A stretch of DNA of 63,631 nt, the filler included, from Intoshia linei (taxonomy: Eukaryota; Animalia; Orthonectida): the NCBI GenBank assembly GCA_001642005.1. It is 9 parts of 9 records of this genome, joined end to end, with 100 filler letters (N's around TTAATTAATTAA, not from the genome) between each part and the next. Parts side by side here need not be neighbours in the genome. Positions count along the whole stretch, not along the records: positions 20,139 to 43,334 come from LWCA01000569.1; 8 more parts are not named here. One strand, 5' to 3'. The translations under genes and the position numbers were made by a program. The notes beneath the pieces were generated by a model that did not search any database, was not told the DNA's origin, and worked only from the letters and a program-made list of their open reading frames with translations. Shown piece by piece: positions 25,705 through 38,878 of this stretch (the stretch's first letter is position 1; each line of letters opens with the position of its first letter).

Positions 25705-28700
25705 TCTGTTCAGGATATCATTACACAAGAAAAATGTGCAGCTTTCTACATTCCCAGTTCATCAAGTAAATTTAAATACTAGGGTGTCACATTTTTTCAA
25801 AAATTTGAGAATTTTTAGGACGAACGGCACGCATCCTGTGTATTTTGGTGCAAAAATTAATAATCTGGAATATTATATTCCAAAAATGCTTATTTGAGTG
25901 GGGTTGGTTATTTTAAATATAACATAAAAATATTAAGTAAAATTTAAAACTGAACTTTATTTGGAAAAAAATGGCAAATAATTGTATAACCATGGTTCTG
26001 GTTTATAATGTTATCTATTAATATTATGTTATTAATTATTATCAAAAAAATGAATATGAATGCATCACAGGCAATAGGTAATCGATAAAAAATAATATAA
26101 TTAATATATTTACATGTATATCAATAATTATTTTATTTATTAAATGCACTGTCACATAATGATTTAAGCCATATGGATTTACGGCTTAATTCCTGCCAAC
26201 ATTCTTACATTTCCACGTCATTCTGATAGGTATTTTTAGGGGTAGCTGCATCCATCCAAAATTTTATATAGCCATATGCGACAAAAATAAGGAATTATAA
26301 AGAATACATTACAAAAATAAAGAGAATTGTCCATATATCCTGTCCCATCCCTTTGGTTCTGTAGGAAATTGACTTCTGGTCATTAAATTCATAAAATATT
26401 GTATAATAAAATTAAATTCAAATTGATATTAGAAAATGTTTTAATTACATTTTTCTCCAACCCCACTGAATAAGCATTTTTGGAATATAATATTCCAGAT
26501 TATTAATTTTTTCACCAAAATTAATAAAATGCGTCCCGTTCGTCTTAGATTCTTAAATACGTGTGACACCCTATTGAATCGAATTCTATTGAATTATTAC
26601 ATCGATAAATATACATCTTTATTATAATTTTTATCATCTTAATTATATTGTGGTAAAATTTAAGTTGTTAGCAAAATTTACATACCGTATAATATTTAGA
26701 TATTTTAAATAAAAATATACGTATATACTATACTCGTATACGTATGAATACATACCATTACAAGTACATTATGTGATTTAATTATAATATAACTAGGTTG
26801 ACTGTTATATACTATGTACAAGCAACACCTAGCTCTGCCGAGGGCACATTTTTATTATACCAAAAAAATAAATTCACGTTGAAAATCTAACTTCAAAATC
26901 CTACTATTCACTATTATCAATCCTTTAAAAAAGTGTTCCCAAATTTGTTTCAGGTGGAACCATCATATCACATTACTTTTTACTTTAAAGTGATTTATTC
27001 CATCTTAATTTTTTTAGTTTTTTGTTAACATTTGCGTATAGAATTTTAAAAACAATAGTTTATCCTATTTTTTTAATTTTTTAGACAGAATGGGTGTATA
27101 ATATTAAAAATAAAGTAAAAACAGTCCAATTCTAAAAATTCTCATAAATAGCATAAAATATTTCGAAAAAAAATATATGAATACTACAGTGCTTTTTGGC
27201 CTTGAAGATATATTTTTTTAAATTTAAATTTATGATAATATTTATAATTTTAAATCCGTATGAGAGTGTATATTTTTTCAAATTCTCGAACTCATTTAAT
27301 TTTCAAAAAAAGAACAATTGGGCTTTTTGGCCAGTAAAATGTGAGTTTGAGAGGTTTAACTTTATCTTACATATACCCGAAAAAAACTTTAATAACAATG
27401 TGGACTTTATAAAATTCTAAGACTGGTAGTTATTAAAATAAACGATAACACACACAGACACACCAAGCATATTATATAAGTAACAATTATAATAATTATA
27501 ATTATTGATAAAAATTTAGAGGTTCAACGATGCTTGCCTTATTTTTTGGATAGTGCTACATCGTCACTTAATGTAACGGCATTGAACTTAAAAGATAAGT
27601 TGGATAAACCAATTACAACTGCATCGCTGACGGATGGAGCTTTGTAATTATTAAGTTTAATTTATAATAATTATTTCACATAAAAATTAATCACATTTTT
27701 ATTTTAGCTTTTTAAACCAATTGATTCAAGGATTAAATTATGTTATGAAGGCTGTAGATGACGTTCGATCTGTATGGTGGCTACTACTCGCGTAATAATT
27801 TAGTTATATTTTATTGTGATATTGTTATACATGTGCAATTTCTTTCTTAGTTTTTTTCTTAGGTGTGTAGTTTTAAATAGAATTAAATATTTATTTATTT
27901 TAAGCATAATTTAATAAAAAATTTAAAATAAAACCACCAAAAAAGTTAAAATAAACCCTTTTATACCCTACCACGAAAAAAGTATTACAACTTGAGTTAA
28001 GTATTATATTATGTATTTCGCATGAGTTATTCGTTTATTACAGGGTTTTTCAAACTGGTTTCAATGGTTATTCGATTAATTGTACTTTGTACTGTGTTCA
28101 AGATTTTAAGATATTATTGTTATTACCCTTTTTTTATGAAATATTTTAACAGGGATCGAAATTAAAAAATGAAAATATAATTCACACCATTTTCAAAAAG
28201 GGCGTCAATTTAATTTATAATATAATATGTCTACTTTACACATTAATAATCATTAAAATTAGAATGCTCGTTCTAGCAGCACTGGTTTCTTTTATTTGGA
28301 TAGTAATAATGAGATGGATTAGTGGTATCATGGTTTGGGTATCTCTTATTTCTTTTACAATCGTATTTGCTTTTGGTAATATTGATTTAAAATTTAAATT
28401 AATTTTACATTTAAAATAGCAACTTATTATTGTTTCAATGAGTACGTAATATTATTAAACAAAGTAGCTACCCCAGCATTTTCTGTTGGAACTGATTACA
28501 AAGCTTATGCTAACTACAAAGAAACATGGTTAGTTGCAGGTAAATTTAATACATTACAATGTGCAATTATATTATTACATGTCACCGCTAACGTTAATTT
28601 AGCGCCACATTTGATAACTAAAAATTTTTCCGCACCATCCTTCTATTTTTTTTAAAATAGTTTAAAAATGTTTAATATCTACTTTTAATTCTACCAACCG

Positions 28701-30753
28701 TATCAAAACATTATGAGATTCTTTATACTATAAATAGGCTAAAAACGTGATCGGAAACGCGAATAAAATGTTGGCCTAAAATGTATTTAATAATTAAAAT
28801 TATTGTGTCTAGATTGTTTAGTGAAACTCTGCATTTATATATTTAATGTTATTTAAATTTAGGGATAATTTGTGCGATATTTCTAATAATTATGTTGATT
28901 TTGGTCATATTTTTGAGAAATAGAATAAAAATTGCTGTATCAATTATTAAAGAAACTAGCAGGTTTTATCAAAAACCATTTAATTATATGTGCTTGCACA
29001 ATAAGCAAACCCATCATTATTGAAAAAATTTTATGTTTAAAAGATGTGCCGAACTCAACGTACCCGAGACTCCTCTTCGGGCGGACCTTGACGAAATTTT
29101 TGTAAAATTGAAGCCTCATTTTACCAAATTCAGAATTAAATTGTCAATTCAACAGTCTTACTGAGGTGGTTAAGGGCTATATTATAGCAGCTATGTGACA
29201 CTACAATACCTTCAGTAACTAAATGTAAAATTTCAATAATGAAACGGTTTATAAGTAAGGTAATTGGCTGTATTTAATTTAATACTTAGAGCAATTGGAT
29301 CTATGATGTTTACTTTAATTTTCCCAATATTTCCATTTATTTTTGAAATCTTGGCGCTAGGATTTTGGATAGTATCTGCAATGTAAATTTTAATAAAATT
29401 ATTTCTTATTCAATAAAATGTACATACCTATTATTAGGTACATTCAAACGATGGGTTCTCCACAATTTACTGAATCTCCTTTACAAGTAACGACTGATGC
29501 TTCATTAAAACTAACAGAAACTGTTGGTAGTTTGACTGCCGCTGTGCCATGTGATCCAACTGGGGTATATTTACTAAAACATTAACATGACACTAAATTG
29601 TAATGTCATTTCATGAGTCAATTTATTTTAGTCTTCAACGTCAGGAAAACTTTGCAATTTCCTAAAATACGGTGGAGACGAGTAAGATATATTTTTAATT
29701 TTACTATAAAATAACGTAGATACATTTACATATTGCAAATTTACCAATTGTTTATGTTTTTATGGGTTTTAAATTTTATAATTGCTTTTGGACAAATGAC
29801 GCTTGCTGGTGCTTTTTCTGGTTATTATTGGGCATTCAATAAACCAAAAGATATTCCTACGTTTCCACTTTTGGGGTCTGCATGGCGAGCATTCCGTTAC
29901 CATATTGGAACAATGGCTTTTGGTGCCCTTATTATTGCAATTATTCAAATGATTCGTATATTTTTGGAGTATTTGGATCAAAAACTAAAAAGTCTAACAA
30001 ATCCTGTAGCACGATTTATCATGTGTTGTTTAAAATGTTGTTTCTGGTGTTTGGAAAAATTTATGAAATTTATCAATAAAAATGCTTATATTATGGTAAT
30101 CTTTTGAATTTTATTATTACCATTACATTATGTTTAGTGTGCAATTTACGGGAAAAATTTTTGTGTTTCAGCGAAAAATGCATTCTTTCTAATTATCAGA
30201 AATATTTTAAGGTTTATTTTTTATTTTGATTAATTTTATTGTTAATAATATCAATTAGAGTGGTTGTGGTGGATAAAGTTACTGATTTTGTTCTCTTTAT
30301 CAGTAAAATAGTGGTTACAGCCGGAATGACAACATTAGCTTACTTTTTATTCAATGGACAATTGTTTGATTTAAACTTATTGATTGCGGGCATTTTTCTC
30401 AATTACTTTTTCATTCCAGTTATCGTAAGAACTTTTATCTATTCATGTCAAAAATTTATAAATTTGTGTAGATTGTCGCTATCGGTACATTCATTGTTGC
30501 TTCTTTGTTTTTCAGTGTTTATAGTATGGGTGTTGATACCTTATTCCTCTGTTTTCGTATGTTTAATGATTTTTAATTACATTTTAGTTTATTATTCAAA
30601 TTAAAAGTATATTTTAATAGTTTAATATTTACGTTTACGTTTTTAGTTGAAGATTTGGAACGACATGATGGTTCAACCGAAAAGCCTTATTATATGAGTG
30701 TTGAACTAATGGATATTGTTGGAAAGAAAAACAAACCAGAAAAAAAAAAATAA
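25705..30753 (+). CDS. choline transporter-like protein (CTL2/4/5 group, SLC44A family); N-terminal exons not found
   Basis: About 14 in-frame exons from 25705 (SVQDIITQEKCAAFYIPS-KVQRCLP) through [118 protein letters not shown] to TAA at 30751-30753. Confidence 0.93.
25780..26573. mobile_element. non-autonomous hATm-type element with ~120-bp TIRs in a CTL intron
   Basis: TAGGGTGTCAC...GTGACACCCTA termini; subterminal AATTAATAATCTGGAATATTATATTCCAAAAATGCTTATT is inverted at both ends. TSD not preserved. Confidence 0.8.
26793..27481 (-). mobile_element. non-autonomous Helitron (internally deleted copy) in a CTL intron
   Basis: Minus strand: TACTTATATAAT plus TG microsatellite at the 5' end; GCCCTCGGCAGAGCTAGG hairpin and CTAG|T at the 3' end. 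Confidence 0.75.
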
Positions 30754-30954
30754 CCAAATTATATATTATAAAAAATTTATTATTAAACCTGAAATTGACG
30801 TATATATCTGAAACGAAAAAATGAGATGGTTAATTTTTATAAATTTTTTTATAATAACATTAAAATTGCTAGTAAGAGTTAACTGATTTTTCGGCACAAA
30901 TACATTTCAATTTAATTTTTAATTTTGTGATCCAACTAATCAATTTTATCAATA

Positions 30955-32475
30955 ACTGGCTTGACTGATATGTACTTCCTACAAATAGCATCCTAGCTCT
31001 GCTGAGGGCGGACATTTTTATTATACCAGAAAAATAAATTCAATAAAAAAATCTAATCTCAAAATTCTACTATTCACTATTATCAATTATTTAAAGGAGT
31101 GGTTCCAAACTTGTTACACGTGGACCCGTCATATAACATTATCATTTAATTTAAAGTGAATTATTCCACGTTAAATCTATTTGGTTAACATTTGTCTAAA
31201 GACCTTTAAAAAAAATTGTTAACCCATTTTTGAATTTATTAGACAGAATGTGTATAATATTATAAATAAGTAAAAACAGTACAATCTTAAAAATTGTGAC
31301 AAAATAAAATTATAAAAACCTATTTTGTCATTTTCAATGTGATAAATTATCACTGATAATATATATTCAGTATAAATTTAATAAATAGTTAAAAATACCA
31401 ATTATGTATCAATAATTAACGGAATCAGCACTTTAGTAGAAACAGATTTCAATTGAATTTTACCAATATTGCAAAGCATTGTAATAAATATAAATATGAT
31501 AATAACGAAGTTGTCTTTTAGTACTTCGTTCGTTGTTATAATTTAAATTTAAAATTAAATGTTTTGAAAATGAGAATTTCAGAATCAAAAATTGAGTAGC
31601 AATGAAAAAAAACCCGAAGAAATCAATTATATAGATTTCCACCCATATTTTGTTATTAAAAATGTGTAGACGTTCAATGCATATTTTTTTTGAAATTGTA
31701 GGATGATTATTTTACTTTTTAATTTTAATCCAACATTTAAAAAATATTGGTTGATAATATATTAAAAATTATTTTTCACCGGGAATACATAGACTTTTGA
31801 GGTTGAAATTGTGTAATTATATCAAATAGAATAAGCTCTATCAGAATAATCTTCTTTTTTAATTGTAGGACCATTAATTATTTCAAATTTTTTGTTTTAA
31901 TAAAATAGTTTCGCAATAAAAAAAATTAATATTAAAGTACTTTTTTGACCGTGAAGGCGTCACTTATTCAGATTAAAAATTTTTGTGTGTCTTAACAGGA
32001 TACAACTGTACCATCTGTCATTTTTTTTAAATTCTAGGGCTGTTTTCATTTTAAAAAAAAATGGTAATATTGGCTTTGATCGTCAAAATTATTTTTTTGA
32101 TGTTTCCATTTATTACAATGTTTATAATTTTATAAACTATCCCAGAATTTATGTTTAAAAAAATTTTATGACATGTTTCAGTTTAAAGGGTAATTTGTGG
32201 TTTTGACCATGAAGCTATACGTTTTTGGGGCTGAGATTAACGACAATGTTAATGCTTTTAAAACTCGTTCCAGAATGTACGTTTTATTACATTTTGGGAT
32301 TGATTTTGGACTTTTTGACCTTAAAGGACTCAGATTCTGAAACTCAAAAATAGATAAAAACACGTCCTGGGAAAAACTGTATTTGCAATTGAGTTTTTTT
32401 AAATCAAAAAACTGTCAATTGTGTAAATAAATGGTTACAAACAGACACAGACATCATTTTTATACAAGTACAGGA
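30955..32475 (-). mobile_element. non-autonomous Helitron, ~1.5-kb copy
   Basis: Minus 5' A|TCCTGTACTTGTATAAAA with microsatellite; 3' hairpin and degenerate CCAG|T; internal blocks shared with 49372-50511, 50760-52000 and 61532-62450. Confidence 0.75.
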
Positions 32476-32728
32476 TAATAATTTATTTTTTTAATAACCT
32501 TTCAATAATACTTTCGACATTTTTATAATTGACTTATAAAATTTTAAATATTAAATTTTTCGAAATTTCGGTGAAATGTTCAACTATTTAAAAATTTAAA
32601 TATTTGATTTATAATTATATTCATACAACTATATACATTTGTTTGAATATTTCCAAGTATTTATACAAGTTTCCAAGAAGCGTTAAATGTAACCAAGATG
32701 TACGGTATAAATATTTTTACAATTACAA

Positions 32729-35700
32729 ATGTCTGATTTAAATTTGGATCTAGAAAGAAGTCTAAATTTGCTACAAGATGCAAATAAAGGAAAACGTTTA
32801 AAATCAGTGAAAACTGTCAATTCTAATATCACCAATTTAACCGAGAATAGCAAACAAGTAAATTTATTATTATATAGAATTGCTAATAAGATTACGACTT
32901 TATCGTTACACGACAAATCTGAAACAATTAGAGAAATTTCTGTAGTAGTATTGGATAAAATTATAATTCAACTATTTGATAATTTTACCAATCAAATTTG
33001 GGAATTATTTGACGTTTCACCTGAAACTTATATAGAAAAATTGGAACCTATTAAAAGAATACTATCAATAATTCAGTATCTAACATTTCGACTCTTGGAT
33101 AAACAGAAAGATTGTAATTTTTTTAATAAAGATCGTGATAATAATAATGAATTTGTCATTGAAAAGGACTCTAGCGAAGAAGTAAGATTACTCATTCTCA
33201 AGAGTATACATAATTTTTTATTTTTGCTTAATACTGTGTGCGAAGAAAAAAGCAATTTCAAACATGAAAAGGATCAATACAATTTTAAAAATGCTATAAA
33301 TTGCATTATTAATCATGTTGAATTCAGTAACGCGTTGTCGCAATCACTTGCTGATACATTTCCGGAAGCTTTGAAATATACATGTCTTTGTGTAGAAGAG
33401 TATTCAAAAGTTATCATTATCCCTCCAAAAGATGACTCCAACAAGGTGATCCTCGACAATTTATACACATTGTCATCACATCGACGATCCGGTGTTAGGA
33501 TTTCTGCTATAAACGCAATTTTTTATGTCGTATCTAACGATGAAAAAAATACTCCTGACGCTTGCCATCATTTAGCTCAAAGACTTTTTGATTCGGTCGA
33601 AAAAGTTCGTGTTACAACTATACATTGTCTAGGAAAGTGGTTAATGAATTTACGGGATCGTTACTCATATCAAGCAAATATAATTCCTTTGCTTTTAACT
33701 GGGTTCAGCGATGAAAGTATGAATATAGTTGAACAAAGCACCAATTATTGGCATGATACAGGAATGCAATACATAGAAGAGAATAAAGAAAGATTTAGAG
33801 ATGAACAACAATATCTAAGTTGTTCACTTGAATATTATCCATTTAAAAGTACATTTCATTTACATTTTAAAACAATGACATGAATCAATGACATGTCAAG
33901 GTGGAAAAAACGTACCCGAATCCCCTCTTTGGGTGACCTCATCGAAATTTTTCATTTTTCAAAATTTTTACCTATATAATATTCTTTGTTTGTCTGTGTG
34001 TGTGTTATCGTTTATTTCAATAACTACCAGTCTTAGAATTTAATAAAGTCCACATTTTAAGTACAGTTTTTTCCGGAGGTGTTAGCAAAATAAATTTCAA
34101 CCTCCCAAACTCACATCTTACGGGTTAAAAAGCCCAATTGTCTTTTTTTTGAAAACCAAACGAGTTCGAGAATTTAAAAAAATATTCAATAATTATAACT
34201 ATTTTGTGTGCTAAATTTTAAATATCAAGCCAAGAATTTTGAAAAGTGGATAGGGTCTATAATATAAACTATATATGATATAACATATATCACTATATAG
34301 CACTATGCATCGTTTTTGGATATTTTTTTAGTTTAGGTTCGGCTCTGTCTTTACATGCCATTGAAATAAATCATTGTTTATAGATTATGTATCAAAATGT
34401 GAATTTAAACTTAAAATTAGATGAACGACCTAATATTGGATGTAGAACAATGGTATCGAATCATTTTGGTAAATTAATGGGAGCTTTAAAAACAGAAGTT
34501 AGAGACTGGTTGGATGAAACGCGATTAAAATCTATTCAATTGTTGAAACACATTTTGCTTAATGTAGAAGAAAATGTTACCATCAATATGTGTCAAGTTT
34601 TTTCTATTTTGATACGCGCATTTTTCAATCATTCAGATGAAACTTTAATAGAGGTAATATAGAACAGTGGAAAAGTATCATTGTTTTTCACATCAAAAAT
34701 TGAAACACCGCAAACACTATTCCCTCCCATTGCTACAAAATTGGTTGAAATACTTTTTCAGGGTTTTAATATTTTTTAAATGGATATTAAGTATGTTAGT
34801 CCGAAAAGGGAAGGACCAATTTCGTGTAGCAATATTTCAAGTGAGTCTAATGTTTGATTTAATCTAGTATTTACTAACTGTGGGGCTAGGCCCATAGTCG
34901 TCTTAAGCTACTTCGTGGTACTGGGCTAAGCAAAGGACCGGAAGCTCTTTAAAGTTTTTAGCGAAGCGATAAAAAAATTTTAGGGCCTCTTTTTTAAAAA
35001 TTAATAAGAGAAAATCAAAGATTTCATACTTTCTTTTTTGAATATTCACTTAATAGAAAGGTTTTAATGTTTAATATTATCATTTGAAACAGTTTTTATG
35101 TCAATATTATATGATAAACATTGTAGAATATATTTTAAATTGAATATTTACCAGAAATTTTATTCTTTAAACTATTTTCTTTCTAGCTATTTGAATTCCC
35201 ACACTTCAAAACTTATAAACTGTTTCTTAAGATATAAATGAAGTATTTTTTAATAAATTGGGGGCCTTTTTTTAAGATATAAGTGTAAAGTACTTTTATT
35301 AATTGGGGACCTTTTTTAATGAGTGGCCCTGGGCTATAGACCATATTGCCCATGCCTTAAAACGGCTCTGGCTAGGCCACTGGTGGGGCGTTCAAATTTT
35401 TTTTTTACTTACTAATTTCATTTAAAATAATTGACTTTTTAATTTAAGATCGATTTTTTAATTGATTTTAAGTTTTTCAAGTTGAGATAATGGTAACGCT
35501 CATGATTTTAAAAACTACACATTTATGGCTTATAAAATTCTGAGACTTTTTTCATTTAAAAAAACTGGTAATTTTGGGGTTTGACCATGAAGATGTAAGT
35601 TTCAGAGGTTGAGATTTACGAAAATAGTAATGATGTTAAAACGCGTCCAGAATGTATGTTTTTGAAATTCTATGACTGTTACTTTTTCAAATAAACGGTA

Positions 35701-38660
35701 ACACACACATAGACAATCAATTTTTTATAAATAAAGGATATATGGATTGTGGGTCCGTAGGTTTCAAAATTTGGGAACCACTGTTATATAATATTAAATA
35801 TTTTTTATTTACTATTAATATTAATAAAACTTTAGATACGTGAATGTTGTAGAATCATTGGTTGTTTCATACCATTTGCAGATTGGTGGAAAATTGTTTG
35901 TCCAGAAATTAATAGAGTTGGTACTACACAACATTCTTTGGCTCATTTGTTATCCATATTAAGCTATATACTCGAAGGGTGTAACCCAAAAATGTCTTTG
36001 GATCATAATAGTGTGCGTGATGTAACATTAATATTGATGGAGCACGTACAAACATATAATGAAAAGGTTACATCTGCCATAAATAGAATAATGACAGTAC
36101 TTCTCTGTAATTTTAAAGACTACTGTATCAATTCAATGGAATGTAAAATTGAAGATGAATTTTATAATATTGCAATTTCGTGCATCTCATTAAGTAAAGA
36201 CACCCAATTAGAAACGGCAAAACTTAACATGGAAAAATTTTGCAATATTATTAAAGATGTTTACAAACTATTAGAGATTCAAATTCATGATAAATACTGC
36301 AGTAAAATTTTGCAGGATATGTCTGGCAACGTTAATATATGGAATAAAAATAGTGTTGAACTTGCAGTTTTTTTGGAAATTCTTTCAAATTTTGATATAT
36401 ACTACGTGTTGACGTTACAAGACATTAAAACTATATTAAGGATATTACTTGACAAAAATCGAGATGCCGAAATGAAACTAAAAATTTTTATAAAATTGGC
36501 TAGATATTTTAAAAATTTACCTAATAATCATAACGATTCATTTTTAATTGGCGTAAATGAAGAATGGTTTATTCAGGATATTATAATTCCAAATTTAACA
36601 TGGATTGCTGGATTAACTCAGGCGGCTGTTCGATCATCAGCACTTTCTGCATTATTTACTCTTCTAAACAGTAAACAGATTGACATCTATGTGGTATTTA
36701 TTATATGTTGGGATCGGCAATTTTCTCGTTTTTCGTTTCAATCTATATGAAACATTTTGTTATAATTATATTATATTTGTTCTTACCCAAAAATACTAAA
36801 AAAATTAATAAATTGTATGTCGAAAAAATTTACGGAATTAGCCAACCCTACGATATATTAATAACAGATCATAACCTACCGTACCTCAAACTTATTAATA
36901 AGAGAACCTCATTTTTATAAATTGAGGATTAAACAAATTTTATTTTACAGTGTAACTGATTTCAGCTGATAATCAAAGCCAAGTCCATAGTCTTGACTCC
37001 AGACCGTGGACAGGTGACTGAGGCGATTTTAGATTAATAAGACTCAAGTGAATATGTCTGTAAATAAGTTTCTATTTTCATAAAATAAAAAAATTATATT
37101 ATATAATTTATATATTATGATCATATCTTCTACCTAACCTTAAAATGAAAGCTTTTATAAGATTTTTTGAAACAAAATTCTTGAAGGAAAATTTTCAGAT
37201 TATTTTTTTAATCAAACTTTAAAGGAAATGATTTTTGAAAATTTTTTAACCAAATCCTTAGAGGAATTTTCAGCTATTTTTTTACCAATACTTAAAGAGG
37301 AGGCTTTTTTTAGATTTTTTTAACCAAGCCCTTGAATGAAAAATTTCAGATTTTTTTTAACCAAACCCTTGAAGAGGAATTTTCAGATTCTTTTTTTACC
37401 AAACTTAAAGAGTTTTTTTTAAGATTTTTTTTCAAACCCTTGAAAGGGAATTTTAGATTAATTTTTGAAAATTTCCCTTCATGGGCTTGGTTAAAAATTA
37501 TATATTATGAACATTTTTTACCAAAGTGTCAATCGGTAATTTTCAGATTTTTTTTTACTAAACCTTGAAGTGGAGGGTTTTTCAAGATTTTGGTTTTAAC
37601 CTAGCCCTTGAAGGGAAATTTTCAAAAAACAATCTAAAAATTGTCCTTCAAGGATTTGAAAAAAATCTGAATATTCTCCTTCAAGGATGGTTAAAAAAAT
37701 CTTAAAAACTTCTTTTCTTTAAGGTTTGCTAAAAAAATAATCTGAAATTCTTTTTCTACTGGGTTCTTCTTTGGTAAATCTGAAAATTACCGATTGACAC
37801 TTTGGTAAAAAATGTTCATAATATATAATTTTTATATTATAAAAATTGTGCCTGATTTACCGTTTCCGATTGGGACTATGCCATTAGGCAACATTTACAA
37901 ATTTTTTTCGGGTTCATTTTTGATTTTCAGGTTCAAGTCCGGTAGGTTCGGTTTTGATTAATACCTTCCTTTTTTTAGATTTCATCAAATATTGAAAATG
38001 TTCTACCGAGCGTGCTGGCAATGTTGGAAGAAGATAAAAAAACGACAAGAGTTATTGCATGTAAAATATTGAGTTTGCTTATAAAAAATTCACAAAATGA
38101 AAAAAGTGTCTTAAGTATAGATTGTCTAATGAAATTATGGTCAAATTCTTTACTCAGTCGAATGAATGACGCTAGCGATGAAATCCGCTTGTTGGTAATT
38201 TCTATTGCTCGCGACTATTATCAAAGTCTCATTAACCGTATGCAAGTTTGTGATATAGAATTATATCGAGCTTATTTTGAAAATGATTACAACATTTTAT
38301 TTCTCCATATGGACGACGCCAACCCTAAAATTCAAAAAAATATAATGGGTAATTTATAAATTAAAAATATCCATAAATGCGGTACACCCGCAAGTACGAT
38401 GGAATCATAACAATACCGCCCGAGGCAATTTTTCAAATCCATAGTATAAAAGTTAATAAGATTGAAAATGCTTGCTCTAATACAGCAACTCATAATTACA
38501 TACAGTACATTGTTTCAATTTAGAAGTATTGAAAATTGCAGGAAAATTAACGCCTGAGCTAGTACTCAGCACAATAGAAAAAGTAAAATTCAAACATCGA
38601 AAAGATAACATGTGTCTGGAAATTGAAAAATCCATAAAAAATATAAATTTTTGTCAATAA
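32729..38660 (+). CDS. DNAAF5: dynein axonemal assembly factor 5 (HEAT repeat-containing protein 2)
   Basis: Exons 32729-33848, 34421-34653, 35836-36693, 37979-38348, 38524-38660. Diagnostic motifs: SEEVRL, HRRSGVR, LAQRLFDSVEKVR...GKWLMNLRDRYSY...IPLLLTGFSDE, RPNIGCR, DWLDETR, IIPNLTWIAG...AAVRSSA, LFLHMDD. Confidence 0.92.
37150..37833. repeat. degenerate ~37-bp minisatellite with inverted arm and a perfect 58-bp inverted repeat, in a DNAAF5 intron
   Basis: Units like TTTTTAACCAAACCCTTGAAGAGGAATTTTCAGA run forward, then reversed after ~37620; 37493-37550 is the exact reverse complement of 37776-37833. Confidence 0.85.
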
Positions 38661-38878
38661 ACTATTTTCCAAATTTGATAAAATCTAAAGTGGCCAGAAA
38701 AAATACGTACTATCAATTTTAGTTTATTTGGTGTTAAATGTAAAGCCAAAACTACTTATCTATGATGAAGAACAAAAATTTTCGGCTTAAAATTTATTCT
38801 TTATTATAATAATCTAATTTCAACAAAGTTGAACTTTATCAATTTTGATACATTTATTTAAATTTAATTAATTTTAAA

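Noticed and set aside
37150-37790. ~37-bp repeats as a possible CRISPR array, and ORF 37332-37568
   Set aside because: Degenerate head-to-tail units without unique spacers, no cas genes, eukaryotic intron; the ORF is a by-product of the repeat.
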